Part shown: positions 24,601 to 37,660 of the stretch, one piece after another
Position numbering within the stretch: the stretch's first letter is position 1
How the letters are laid out: the number at the start of each line of letters is the position of its first letter
Source: Octopus vulgaris
Lineage: Eukaryota
NCBI GenBank assembly: GCA_951406725.2
Contig: OX597814.1
Location: forward strand, 118,172,001 to 118,236,000
Direction: 5' to 3'
DNA: 64,000 bases
Position numbers and translations under genes: made by a program
Notes under the pieces: generated by a model
Databases searched by the model: none
Told to the model about the DNA's origin: nothing
What the model saw: the letters and a program-made list of their open reading frames with translations, nothing else

Positions 24601-25168
24601 AAAACATACCAAGTCCAATATAAATCGTAGAACTAGCGTAGGTAGAAAAAGAGCACTTGTGTTTCGGTAGCATTTCGCTGATGTATCCATAGATTACATC
24701 TCAGTATAAGTGCACCCTCCTCAGATACAATTTTAACATGTATAATCATAGAAGATAAAACCCATCAGAAAACCTAGTCACTAAATAACATGATGATGCA
24801 TGTATGAATGTGAGTTTATGTATGGGTGTGTCTTTGTATGTATGTATATATGCATGTATGTATATATTATGTGTGCATGTATGCGTGTGCGCACACAGTC
24901 AGACGCGCGTGGGAACACAGTCGTAGATACGCACACACAAACATAGACTCATAGAATACACAAAATGTACAACATCGTTGCTTCGCTATCCCGATCATTC
25001 AGCGAATGGTGATCTCGAGTAAGCAATTTCATTCCAGTTGAAAACGAATATGGGCGAAATCTGTCGGAATTCCTCTCAGGCTCTTCATTTTCTACTGTAT
25101 CAAACGTGGGAGATCGGGGCAACAATACCTTCTCGGGAAATTATAGCCATAGGAAACAGTGAGCAGAC

Positions 25169-25170
<2 letters not shown>

Positions 25171-25235
<65 letters not shown>

Positions 25236-25274
25236 CTCACACACACACACACACACACAAAACACACACACACA
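25171..25274. repeat. (CA)n microsatellite
   Basis: Directly visible. Confidence 0.95.
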
Positions 25275-26422
25275 AATTGCCATCCCTTTCACTGACTTTC
25301 TCTGCTCTTCAATTTGTCAGAGCCACTGTGTTATTGTCCCCATTCCTTCACACTATTTCCTCTCTTTATTCTCCCCTATTTGCTTCATCTCTGATTAGTC
25401 ATTCTGTAACCACAGCCATTGCTCAAATTAAACAAGCTCCGTCGTCTATACCTGCCTGTTGAATCTTGAGCTAAATTTTGGTTTATATTATCACATCATA
25501 TATTTCCTGGACAGTTACACTATCAATCTTAGTTATGTAATTTACATATGCACAAATGTTTGCCTCTTCTAGTGTATTTTTAAATGAGTTAACTCAACAC
25601 AAATCTACCCTCTATAATGAAAGTAACTGGAAAGCATTTAACCTAAGCAAGAGCCTCTACTTGATAGCCCCAGGAATCTGTTCAATATAATTTGAATTGC
25701 TTTATATATAAGTCACTTCAAGATAATTGTTTCAGATTTTGAGACAAGGTCAGAAAGTTCAGTGAAGAGGGTAAATCGATTACATCGCCCTCCAATCCTC
25801 AACTGGTACTTATTTTATCGACCCCCAAAAGTGATAAAAGGCATGATCGTCTTCTACGCAACTTGAACTGAGAATGTATTTTGCGCGGAGTGTTAAGCGA
25901 TTCTGTCATCTCTCCGCCTTAATCTCAGGAATATTATTAATTGGTTTTGTCTTGATATTAACAACAGTGACAGCACTAAAAAAAAAAAAAAAACCCCATA
26001 TATATGATTCCATGCTTTCAACAAAATGAAGTTATAAATTACAGTTCCCATGCCTGAGTGGCAAATACAGATGTTCTTCCTCAATTCTGAATTCAAATAT
26101 CACTACCACCGACTTTGCTAACAATTTCAATGTATATGCAGATCTAGTGTGCAAGTATCAGAACAAGTAGCTTCAATAATAGTTAGGGCACTGCATTAAC
26201 AGTATTGATACGTGTCGAAAACAATATTGTATGCCATGTTGTAACTTACCATTTGATTCTGTGGGACAATCTTTCCGTGATCATCTTAAGACTTAGATTC
26301 TTGCTGGAATCGATAGTGTGAAGTAGCAGTTAAGTAACTGAACTTCTTGTATACACTTTACATTCGTCGCAAATTTGCGACCCTGTGGCAAATCTAGATG
26401 CTAATACTAATCGTAATAAGAA

Positions 26423-26490
<68 letters not shown>

Positions 26491-26532
26491 ATAGTAGTAG
26501 TAGTAGTATTAGTTGTTGTTGTTGTTGTTATT
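26423..26532. repeat. (TAG)n then (TTG)n microsatellite
   Basis: Directly visible. Confidence 0.95.
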
Positions 26533-26830
26533 GTAGCTGTAGTTGAACAATTAGAAACTATCTGGAGCGTAGAAAATTTACACAATATGTAAAGCATTTA
26601 CTCCATCACTACGTTACCACGTGCTTCAATTATTGATCGTTTGTGAAGTCTCAAAGATTTACAAAGTTACAAAGTCGGGCGTGTGACTATCTTTCAGAAT
26701 TGCAAATACGTTGAGATGAGAAAAGAATATAAAATATCGAAAAGAATACTTGTCACGCGCGCCTCTTCTCTGCCTATTATTTACGTCATTCTTAAGTGGT
26801 CATGAGCATTTCAATATATTTAGATTGAAC

Positions 26831-27200
26831 GGCGGTGAGCTGGCAGAATCGTTAGCACGCCGGGCGAAATGCTTAGCGGTATTTCGTCTGCCGCTACGTT
26901 CTGAGTTCAAATTCCGCTGAGTTCGACTTTGCCTTTCATTCTTTCGGGGTCGATAAATTAAATACCCGTTACGCAGTGGAGTCGATGTAATCGACTTAAT
27001 CCGTTTGTCTGCCCTTGTTTGTTCTCTCTGTGTTTAGCCCCTTGTGGGTAGTAAAGAAATCGGTATTTCGCCTGCCGAGGTTGACTTTGCCTTTCATCCT
27101 TTGGGGGGTCAATAGATTAACTACCAGTTATGTACTCGGGTCGATATAATCGACTGGCCCCTACCCCAAAATTTCGAGCCGTATACCTAGAGTAAAAAAG
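26831..27200 (+). mobile_element. SINE family A, dimeric, with 15-bp TSD
   Basis: Intact head and core; a second body restarts at ggtatttcg (27062). TSD aatatatttagattg (26813-26827) / aatatgtttagattg (27201-27215). Confidence 0.92.
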
Positions 27201-27700
27201 AATATGTTTAGATTGGTTGCATTGCTATTTACGTTTAAAGCAGCAGGCTGGCAGAATCGATAAATCATCAGGAAATGCTTTTCGCTATTTCTTCCTAATG
27301 CTCGCATACTGAGTTCAAATTTCGCCGAAGCAAACCTTAATCCATTCAAGGACGATAAAATAAAGTATCATTCAATTACTTGAGTAGGGTTGGATGAAGT
27401 ATTTATGTGGAAGAGTAGTTCCCGTGTTTCTCTTCTGCTTAGCCTTCGCAGATGCGGGTACCTGCCTCTTGACCCTACAAGGACGGCTAAACCTCGAAGT
27501 GCCATCACCACCTCATCCGTCCGCACGTGAGCATCCACGCCTTCGCTGATGCCGTCACGCTGGCGGTGCGCCATCATGGCCATAGCCTTAGGGCTGAAAC
27601 CTGCAAATAAATAAGAGAATAAAAAATCGCGTACTTGTGTATATTTAACAATTCTTTCCTTCCTTTGGAAACTACCGACTTTCTACCAAAAATTTGAAAA

Positions 27701-28040
27701 GGCGCAGATGTGGCTGTGTGGTAAAAAATTTTGCTTCCGAGGCACATGGTTTCGGGTTCAGTCCTACTGCGTAGAATCTTAGGGAAATGTCTTTTAATAT
27801 AGTATCGAGACAACTAAAGCCTTGTAAGTGAATTTGGTAGTATGTGTTTCTCGTGAGTCATTGCTTTTCAACCGTTTTTGGTGTCTTTACGTCCGCAAAA
27901 ACCTCTGCTAAAATAAGTACAAGGCTTTACAAAAAAAGTAATACATATTAGTCTGTTCGTTCGACTAAAATTCTTGAAGGCGTTTCCCAGGCATGGCCCT
28001 CCCTAGTCTCTTGAGTGAAACAAGAAAAAGATAAAAGATA
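27701..28040 (+). mobile_element. Decayed SINE family B copy
   Basis: ggcgcagatgtggctgtgtggtaa..cgggttcagtcctactgcg...gaaacaagaaaaagataaaagat. Confidence 0.8.
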
Positions 28041-28707
28041 AGAAATTCTATTGATTATGTGTCAAAGATGGCGTACTGATTGAATCATTAAGCCGTTGGA
28101 TTTCATTCTAGTATTTGTTACAGGCCTTTATGTTATGAATAAGTTGCTGCCAAATTCACAAGGTCTTTAAAAAAAAAGGTACCGATCATGTAGTGAGGTT
28201 CGATTTAATTGGCAAAGTTCTTCCCGGCAAAACTATCGACCATATAATTCAGTTAGAAACAATTATTGATTAGGTTTCAGAAGGAACAATCTAAGGAAAA
28301 TGTTCCGCAGCATCTTTTCTTGTTCTGAGTACAATTTCTTGAAATGTCACCTTTGCTCTTCATCCTCTGGACGGGAAGCAAAATATACCGTTCTAGTCAA
28401 ATACTGGCGCACCTCCTCACTTATATTCCCTCAAAGTTGTTGTCTGTGTACGTAGATAAGAAATTATTACTTATTAGTGTTTAATGAGAGTGTTGGATAG
28501 GCAGAATCGTTAATATGTCGGAAAAACACATAGTGGTATTTAATTCTGATTCTTTAGAGATTGGGTCATATATCTTTTTGTTCAACTTCGCATTTTATCT
28601 CTCCAAGATGGTTAAAAGTAAGGACTAGTGCGAATGTATGGTGATAACTAAACATGAAACTGCTGATTTGTGCATAAATCAGAAACCAATATGAGGAGTT
28701 GTCTCAA

Positions 28708-28885
28708 GGCGGTGAGCAAGCAGAATCGCTGGTATGCCGTGGAAAATGCTTAGCGGCATTTCGACCGTTTTTACGTCAGGAGTTCATATTTTGCCGAAGT
28801 CGACTTTACCTTACATTCTCTCGGCGTCGAGAGTCGATGTAATCGACTAAACGCTGGATTTTTGTCAAAATTTGAAACCAATATT
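28708..28885 (+). mobile_element. Decayed SINE family A copy; other fainter copies lie at 27240-29070
   Basis: ggcggtgagcaagcagaatcg..aaatgcttagcggcatttcg..gagttca..gccgaagtcgacttt. Confidence 0.75.
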
Positions 28886-30924
28886 AGTTGTCTCTCAATG
28901 AGGGCTGTAGATTCGCAGCATCGTGAGATCATTGAAGAAAATATCTACTTCCTTATTTCGTTCGGCTTTTTACGTTTTAGGTCCAGATCCGGTTAAGGGA
29001 AACCGTGCCATTTATCTCGGAGGGATTGAGAATATTGTAAATGACTATTTTCCGCCATCGAATTTATGGTATTGTGCTTATGTCAAACATAAATATGTTC
29101 TGATGAAGTTGGAAGAATGAAGTAAAACGCAAGTTTTCATTGGGAAAATGTTTCAGACATCATTTCGTTAGTGCTATTGGTGATTTAAGTTGTAAAACTT
29201 CCAATAGGAAGAGAATTCACTGCCGTTAATATTTATCTTCTGGATATATATAATGCCCGAAATTTTTCAGAAATATAAAATAGGTATAAAATGCGGGGGT
29301 AGATTTAATTTTCATTGAACAAATTAGAGAGGATTGCTCATCAAGTGTTTTATGCTTATAACTTATTGAGACTGAATTTCTATTTCAGCCACAAGAGTTC
29401 CAGACCACTGAAATATTGAAGCAAGTTATACACGTGTACATTCAAACAAACTTGCACACAAACATAAGTAAGTAGATACTTACATACCAGTAAGTTCCTA
29501 AATGGCAACCTGGATATGATGAGCCTTTCCGAAAAAGAAATCAGCCATCTAACTCGCATATTACAAAGACAATCTGTAAGAGGAACAGTTGAAATATATA
29601 CATTTCTCGGGTTTAAATTGAGTTTGCTTTTGTTATTTACATTCCAATTATGATGCTCCGCATATTTGTTAGAAACCGGCCCTTCAATTAATTAAAAAAA
29701 AGACAGAAGAGAAGTAAACATGCATACTTACATACCTGCTTACATACATACATACATACTTGCATACATACAAATTGTTGCACTTGTGCTTCTGAATATT
29801 TACTTAACTGATAGTCTAGATAATCTTAGATTTTCAGGAAAAATAACTCACGCATTACAAATACAATTTCTAAGTGGAAAAGTAAAAGTCTGCAAGACTT
29901 TCCCCAAATTTTATACGTGACATTGTTTTCGTTATCTACAATCCAGCGATGGAGCTTTGTATCTTCTTTAGAAACCAGCTCCTTCCTCGGAAGCATTCAA
30001 ATAATCAGAAACAGAAAAGAGATATTCATATGCTCTTAAAGCAGACATATATGCGTACATCCATCCATCCATCCATCCATCCATACATCCATCCATACAT
30101 ACATAATACACACCTACATACATACAACTGCGGTGTGGTTGTGAACTTTGAACGACATTATACCGAAGTTATTTTCTAAACCTCTCTTCAGCTTCTGCAT
30201 TCTGTTGAATAAAAGAAATAAGTATATAAATAAACACAATATTAAATAGAAATTTAAATATATATTTTGTGAATAAAATAGAGAAAATTGTTAAATAAAA
30301 TATGACATTGCATAAGAAATAAATAAGATTAGATGAAAACTTTAGTAAAACCATAAAACAAAGAGTGTCAGATTAAGAGCTTATTTAATATAAATACGGT
30401 TAGCATTGCTAAGTCATGCCTGAAGCATATATGGCATACCTGAATGAAATGTCATCAACAATTTTATATTAAAGACGAAAGAAGAGATTGCATTTTTACA
30501 TAACTTTAGCAGATTGTTAAAATAAATGTTTAGTTCTGCATGTGAGTATACGTGCCCGCGTGAATGTCTGCACAAGAGGTGTTAGAGAGAAAGAGAGAAT
30601 TTGTGAATGTATGTGCATGTGAGAGTGTGTGAAGGGTGTTTGTGCGTGCAGAAAGAGTAAGAAAGCATTAATATGAAGGGCAACGTATTAACATTCTATA
30701 ATGAAAATGTTGCTCCTACCAAGAATTTAATTGTTCTTAAATTATATAGCATACATACGCTTAGTGAAACACATATGTACACATACATACAAATACATGT
30801 GTCAGATTAGGCAAACAAGTATTCAGGGGGATTATGAATAAATATGAATACGCGAAACATAATTATGCATATATGCGTATAATTATATATGACAAGTATA
30901 TACACATGCATGCATAAATATGCC

Positions 30925-31225
30925 TATGAGGAAAATATTTCGGCAAAATGTAGTATATGTGGAATATGGAACGAAACAATGCTTAAGTTGACCCAAGTGG
31001 AGACATGTTTAATTTGTGAAAATTTACATTGGAAGTCTTGTCAAAAGCGGGGAGGTCAAAGCAGGTTGTATGTAGTACAGTCATCGGGTAGAGAAAGTGC
31101 TTGAGTTGGAAGCATGCAAGATAATGTGGGATTGTTCCTATTCAAACAGATAAGAAGATGGAACATAGCAAAATATATATCAACGTAACAGACAAGGGAA
31201 ATCGCAATTGCTTACTGGTGTATCC
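30925..31225 (+). mobile_element. R4/Dong-like LINE fragment (zinc knuckle to RLE)
   Basis: KCSICG..NET, C.NLHW..CQK, EKVLE..CKIMWD, PIQTDKKMEHSK..VTDKGNRNCLLV. Confidence 0.65.
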
Positions 31226-31289
31226 ACCATGACCATGAAGTACTAGGATTGTGTAGATTTGGAACATGAAATTTGTAAAAATTGTACGT

Positions 31290-31660
31290 GTACCCGCCCC
31301 AGTTCCTGTCCTCCAATATATAGGCACACTCTTAGAGTAGGGCCATTCATTCTAATCATTTTTGCCGCAGTCACACATCTTTCCACAAATTCACAGGCCT
31401 TTAGCGCTTCCTACTCCACCTTCACTGTCTTTTTAAAGTTGAACTTTAAAAAGTTGATGAGGGCTTGACCGAAGAGGAAGGAGTCTTTCCTTGATCCTTT
31501 CATCCTCGTCCACCATTCAACCTCTTTTGTCATAACCACTAGGTAGAGGAATCGTTTGCCATGCCTTGTTAAAGAAGAGTGGTGGGGCGATCCTCACGGT
31601 GGAAATGGCATATGGTCGGATTCGTTCTACACAGGACAATAGCCAACAACTATTACATCT
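31290..31660 (-). mobile_element. Probable L1/Tx1-like LINE 3' fragment
   Basis: The minus strand reads VVMTKEVEWWTRMKG..FLFGQALINFLKFNFKKTVKVE..FVERCVTAAKMIRMNG, resembling Tx1-type ORF2 C-termini as recalled. Confidence 0.5.
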
Positions 31661-32854
31661 TAGGTAAATAACTTACTTGTTATTAAGAATAACTGGTCCG
31701 AGAAATCTTTGTTACTACCTTGTAGTTTATCCTCTCTGACGTCTAGAGTTACTCCAAGAACGTTCCCGCTATATCTTTTTTGTTTTTGAAATTTATTTGC
31801 CCTTCTATTAAAAAAAAATCTCTCTGAAGGGGGTTTAGTTATTTCCAGATCATACGTGTTCATATATTCATGTAACTAGTGTATAAATAATGACTTGCCC
31901 TTCCTTTTTTCTCTATCCTGTATTTCAGTATTTGCACTGCCATTCCTTTTGTCACCCCTGCCGGGGTTCAGTGTTGTATATATTTAGTAATGAATAAGTG
32001 TATCTTAATGTACTTCGTTTTGAGATCCTCGCTAGACTTCCTGAATTCCATCTAATTGAAGATTATTCAAGTCATTATTTTAATCGTCTCATCAACTTTC
32101 TTTATTTCAACATTCATATTCTTTTGCCTTCAATAATTTTCCACTTTGCTTTCAAATTTCCGTAACCCATCAGCTTTCCTGTTCTAATGAAGCCTTTTGC
32201 ACGCCACTTCTTTTTTGCACAAACTTCTTTGCTACATCAGAATTTGGAAAATCATTCTTTTGGTGTTCATTCTCAGACTTCAGCCGTTAGCACAATGACC
32301 TTCCATTGTTTTTAAATATCTTATTCAGCTGATATTACTTAAATTCTAAATTTTTTGTCTTCTAATACATCGGTAATTCGTCAAATCCTTTTCTTACAAC
32401 CTGTATGCCTTATGTTATACTTTCTGTTGAGCTACTTCCAATGACTGCTCTGTCACCGTTTTCTTTCTAGTTATATTATCTAAACTTCCAAGATAACTAC
32501 CGAGCTGTCCAACGCCACTTCCAATTCTTCTATCGAGCTTTCCATTTCGTGTTTATGTTATATCATTTTGAATTTTACTCTCAAGAATTTCTACGGTAAA
32601 ATAGGATGTGCAGTAAATGAAGTCGTTAACATCGGTTATTGCCTCAAATTTGATTTTCGCTGAAAGATTAGCCAGTATCTGTGCTTTACGAAGTATTTCA
32701 TTTTCGATTCCTCTCCAACATAGCAATCTCATTCTCTTTTGTTTTTTTTTTCCTTTGCGCAGAGGTGGTCTCATTGTAAATGAGGTTTATCAAAGGCGTA
32801 GTTATAGATTCCTGAAAACTATCATCATCATTGTCATCGCCACCGCCATTGTCA

Positions 32855-33386
32855 TTATTACCTCCGCCTTATCGAAGGCGGAGTTATTGTTTGCAGTCGT
32901 GTTTGTTTGTGTACCATATATCTCAAGAACAGCTAGATGGATTGGAATGAAACTTTCAGGGACATTTGGCCTCGTGTCTGTGACTGGCACGGACTGATTA
33001 GATTTTGGGATCGATCCGGCTCTGGACAATGATTCTAGATAATTGTTCCTGTTTTTAATTAATTTTTGAGAGCGGTCGGTTTCATTTTAAGTATTCACGT
33101 TTGTGAAAGCAGTCGGTTTAATTTCGGATATTCTAATGTTAAAATTCATCTCTGGCCATGGGCAGACTGAGAGTATTAAGGGCTCTGGGGCATAACTGTT
33201 TACCGGGCCCCATTCAATGTGTGTTTTAGTAGAGTTAACATGTAGTTTGCGGGCCCATCAGAGCTCCTGGCCCTCGGGCAGTGCCCAATTGACCGACGGC
33301 TCAGTCTACCTCAGTCTCTGGCTAATCGTTGAGAAGACGTTGGTGATGCTTTGGCGGAGGATTGTGCTCTTTGAGGGCTCTTGTTG
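32855..33386 (+). mobile_element. Helentron/Helitron2-associated non-autonomous element (HINE/DINE-1-like)
   Basis: Begins ttattacctccgcc..ggcggag, then gtttgtttgt and tggattggaatgaaacttt; subterminal inverted copy ggcggagg at about 33353 followed by the short hairpin-like gctctttgagggc; T-rich flanks. Confidence 0.72.
33157..33314. mobile_element. hAT-like MITE nested in the HINE
   Basis: 8-bp TSD tctctggc (33149-33156 and 33315-33322); imperfect TIRs catgggcagactga / tcagtctacctcag. Confidence 0.75.
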
Positions 33387-33398
33387 TTATTATTATTA

Positions 33399-33456
<58 letters not shown>
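33386..33456. repeat. (TTA)n microsatellite
   Basis: Directly visible. Confidence 0.95.
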
Positions 33457-33457
<1 letters not shown>

Positions 33458-34215
33458 ATTAAGTGATTCTAGTTTAGTTAAAATGTGTCACAAGTATTTC
33501 TAAAGGCAAATTTACTGCAGTTATCGTGGAGGAAAAAAGTCTCCCTTATGGTAAAAGGTGTAAAAGCACCATATCTGACCAGTGTCGCCGCTCTCGGGTT
33601 TCCAAACATTGCGTTTCTCGCTCTTTACTCGTTACCCACGGGAAATGCCAACGACAGATAAGTCTGCAGATTTAAAACCCTAGACCACCACGTCGGATGA
33701 AAATTAGTAGTTTCAATGTCAAGCAGTGTTTAGACAAAAGCTGTATATTAGCTAAAGCTACGTCTTTAGATTTGCCCAGAGCTACTACTCTTTGTTATTT
33801 CCCGTAGATAATGAATAAAGAGCTAGGAATTTTGCATTTGGGAATCCGGTAGGGGTGACACCAGTAGATATGCTGTTTTTAAAACTTGTACTATACGAGA
33901 TAATTTTTCTCTGCGGTACAGTGAATTTACATTTAGAATTTGAAATATATCACAAGCGTATTTTATCTGACCTAATGTTCGCTTATGCCTAAACGCTGCT
34001 TGGTGCTGATACTTCCAAATGATCCTTAGAATCGTTAGCATGCCGGGAAAATGCATATGGGCATTTTGTCCATCTTTTCGTTCCCAGTTCAAAATCTGCA
34101 GAGGTCGCCTTTATCTTTCATCCTTTCCGGGTCAATATTCAAAGTCCGAGTCAAGTACTGGGGTTCGATGTCAACAACTCTCAGCTCTCCCCACAAATTC
34201 CAGGTCTTTAATAAG

Positions 34216-37200
34216 ATTATTATTATTATTTGATGAAAACTCTCACCTTCTTTTGCTAGGTATGATGGAATGTGTCAGCTGTCCACAGCCAGCAGACTAC
34301 GGTGGCACTTGTTTATTGGTCATGCTTCAAGAACCCTGCTAAGAATACTTACAGTTTCAATCAATGATAATTTTTGTAGGTATTCTATCTTTAGATTTGT
34401 ACCATTCTTTTGGATCCATGTTGGCAAGTGAGTCCTGATACTTCCAAGTGCACCAATTACTACTGGTATCACGTCTACTCTCCTCATTGACCAGAGCCTT
34501 CGTAATTTCCACTTCAACTAATAGCTGTTGTTCAGGTCTTCTTCTTTCTCTTTGATCCTGCTATCACCAGGACATGTTATGTCGATTATCACACGAGTTC
34601 TTTCTTTTTTATTCACAACAATATCATCCGGTTTCCGACCTCTGCTCAGGTGATTTCAGTGAAAGATGGAATCCCAGAAAATTCTGCAATTTTTGTTTTC
34701 GGTGATTCCTTCTGGGGTTTTCTCATACCACATCTTTGCGCTTTGTAGGGCATGATTTCCACAGAACACCCAGAGATCATTTTTGTCACATTGTCATGTC
34801 GTCTTCAGTATTCTCATCATGCGAATTTCAAGCATTTGCTAACGATGTGCTATACCGTTTCTCCCCTCTCACCACACATTCTGCCTTTGTGGCTGTTGGT
34901 ATTGTTGTCGATTCTGGTCCTAAACGCTTGTTTTCAGCTGCGCCTATAAGTGCTTCTGTTCCTAACTTCAAGTCATTCCTCCTCAACCATAACCACCTGT
35001 TTTTTGTACCTGTCTTGCTGTTCGTATCGCTTGCAAGCTGACGATATATTTTTCCTTTCATGCTGTTCCTATTCTTTATGTAATTTTCCTCTTTGAGATT
35101 TTCTTTCTTTTCACAATTTTCAATTTTGATGACACCGGACATCTTCACATGTTTCAACAATACTTCCACAGTATCTTTTGTATACCACACTAAGCTGTTT
35201 TCATCAGCTTCGATACAATCATAGCAGTTGATGAAACCTCCCTCACCCTTTTTACTAGACAAGTACAGCTTATCGGTGCCACTCTTAGGGTGGAAGGTTC
35301 CGTGCACGGTCAATATTTTTCTTGTCTTCGTATCCATGTTCACCACATCTTTCATTTTCCAGTTAATTATTCCACCTCCATACTGGAGTGACGCTAATGC
35401 CCATGCTTAGATTTTATTTTTAATCGGGTCAGTTTTGAGCGTAACCACAACCTTAGTAATCGGAAATATTCCATCCTAAGTTGTTCTTTCATTTCTTACA
35501 CCATAATTTCGTTAACTTTTAGTATGTCAAGATGTTTATAGACTTCCTTTTCAATTTGCTTAATCAATTCTCTATTAGGTCATTCTATCCCTGCTAGGGA
35601 CTATACCTGGCCTCTTTTCAAGTACACTATACCACATTTCTTGTATCCGAATTTCATTCTAATATCAGTACTAAAACAGTGGACTGTGTTCATCAAAGAA
35701 CTCACTCGTGCCTCATGCTTGTCATACAGCTTCAAATCATCTGAGAAAAGAAGGCGGTTTATTGTTTGCGATTTTTCCATTGGGGGATATCCTAACTGCC
35801 AAGGGCAGGGGGAATCATGCAGAGAACAAACGGCATCGGAGATAGGCAATCACATTAAAATTCTCTCTTCTTATTCTCAAGCTGCCGAGGCATTGTTTGT
35901 AAGATATCAACTCAGTTCCTCTCCCCCAACCGCCACCAGCCTTCTCTTCAGAAATTCCATTACAATCCTCGCAATTCCAATTGTATCTTAGTACTCGATG
36001 ATTCACGAATGTGGGATCATATCTTAAGTTTTGCGATAACCAAACCAGGCCATTCCCAAATTTGTCTTCCTTCATTTATAATATTGTATTACCATTTTGT
36101 TAATCAATAACTGATCTTCGGTGCCTCTGCATCTCCTCGTACAACCTTTTTGTCTTGTTGTTAACATATCGTTCTCATCAAAGAATTTATAGTGTTCTTC
36201 TGCAATTCCACCTGACAGTAATTTCCAGATTAATTTTATGCAAGAAATTGGACTGCAATTGACGGCAACATTTCCTTTTAATACATTCTCTATAGGCAAG
36301 ACTGTTCGTTCTTTGGTAAAAAAAACTCGGATTTCTTCTCCATTCATCAATGCATTAAATGGCTCTGCGATCAATTTATGACACCTATTGAACTGTTTTG
36401 TCCCAAATCCCAGCACACCATCAGGTCCTGCAACTTTCCAATTGTTTGTCTTTTTACTCACATTTCTGTTACTATCTTCTGTGAAGTGGATAGTCTCTTG
36501 GAGAAGATAAGAAGCTGTCTGCTTCAGGCTGCAGAGCCATTCAGCTGCAGTATTATGTTATTCTTGTTTACTCCATAACTTACACCAGAATTGTCGACTA
36601 TCATCAGTATCCGGAAGTAATATTTCATATTCTCTATCACCATTAATTTCTTGATAAAATCTTTTTTGTTCGATTCTAAACAATTCGTTTTTGGCAGTAT
36701 TTTTCAAACCCAGTTAGCATAGCTATTTTGGCATGTATACTCTGCTTCAATTCTTTTCTTACCACATTCAGACCTTTTGTATCTACACACTTCTTCAGTT
36801 TTTCAAATTTGCGATTATTCTTCAATTCTCCTTTACTATTCTCGACAAGTATTGAAACTATACTGTTCAGGAAGTTGATATCTTCTGAAATTCTCCTTTT
36901 CCACCCCGGTTGTTTATTTCCTCTTCTATCCTTCGATGTTCTTTTCTCAATAGTTCTCAACCACACCATTTCTGCCATAATCCTACTTGCATCCTTGATG
37001 AGTTTATTTATTTGTGTGATGATCTCCTTTGTTTCAACGTGTCTCAAATCATTATTGACTTTACTTGTCTCTTTATTTACTCTCCATTCTTAAAGTCTCA
37101 TATAAATTCCGTCTCTTCTTTATTTAATAGATCCAAAATCCTGCTTATGATTATTTGGCCATCATTGTTAAAATCGTCAAAGATCTCGATTCTTTCATGA

Positions 37201-37660
37201 TTCATGGTAGTATATTTCTCCAGACAATTGTCCATCGCATCCACTATACATCTTTCGTTTCGTGCATTCCCGGCATCACCTGATATCCTTATCTTAATAT
37301 CTTCTATCTCCAGTTCTTTTAACCATCCATTCTTTCGTATTGCTCTTGCATTTTCACATAATCTCTGTTCAGTAATTTCAAACAGATCCATTGTATTTCA
37401 TTCTCTGTGCATTGATTTTCTGAATGGCACGCCACTTGCATCCACTGGGATGCTCCGGTGGTAACGCTCCATAACCATCATGTCGAATTGTTTACTTCAC
37501 TTATCTCTCGCACCCTGGCTAGGAATGCATGTATTACGACCGGTCCTACCCTGCTGTACAGAGTGTTACCCGTTGGATGCAGCCCCTTCATTATAAGTTT
37601 CATTCCCGTTTGCACTGTTATCGTTAGCTATTTTGCTTAGCATTTTCTTTCACGAATGAG
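34216..37660 (-). mobile_element. Near-full-length decayed R4/Dong-like non-LTR retrotransposon (N-terminal domain, RT, CCHC, RLE)
   Basis: In order on the minus strand: FEITEQRLCENARAIRKNGWL; NWKVAGPDG..PISC..QKGC..GTEDQLLINK; LLFSDDLKLY..FGYKKC; CRMCGERGETV.HIVSKC; RKPD..IIDITCPGD; IPVVIGALG. Ends in (TAA)n at about 34216-34230; many stops and frameshifts. Confidence 0.9.
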
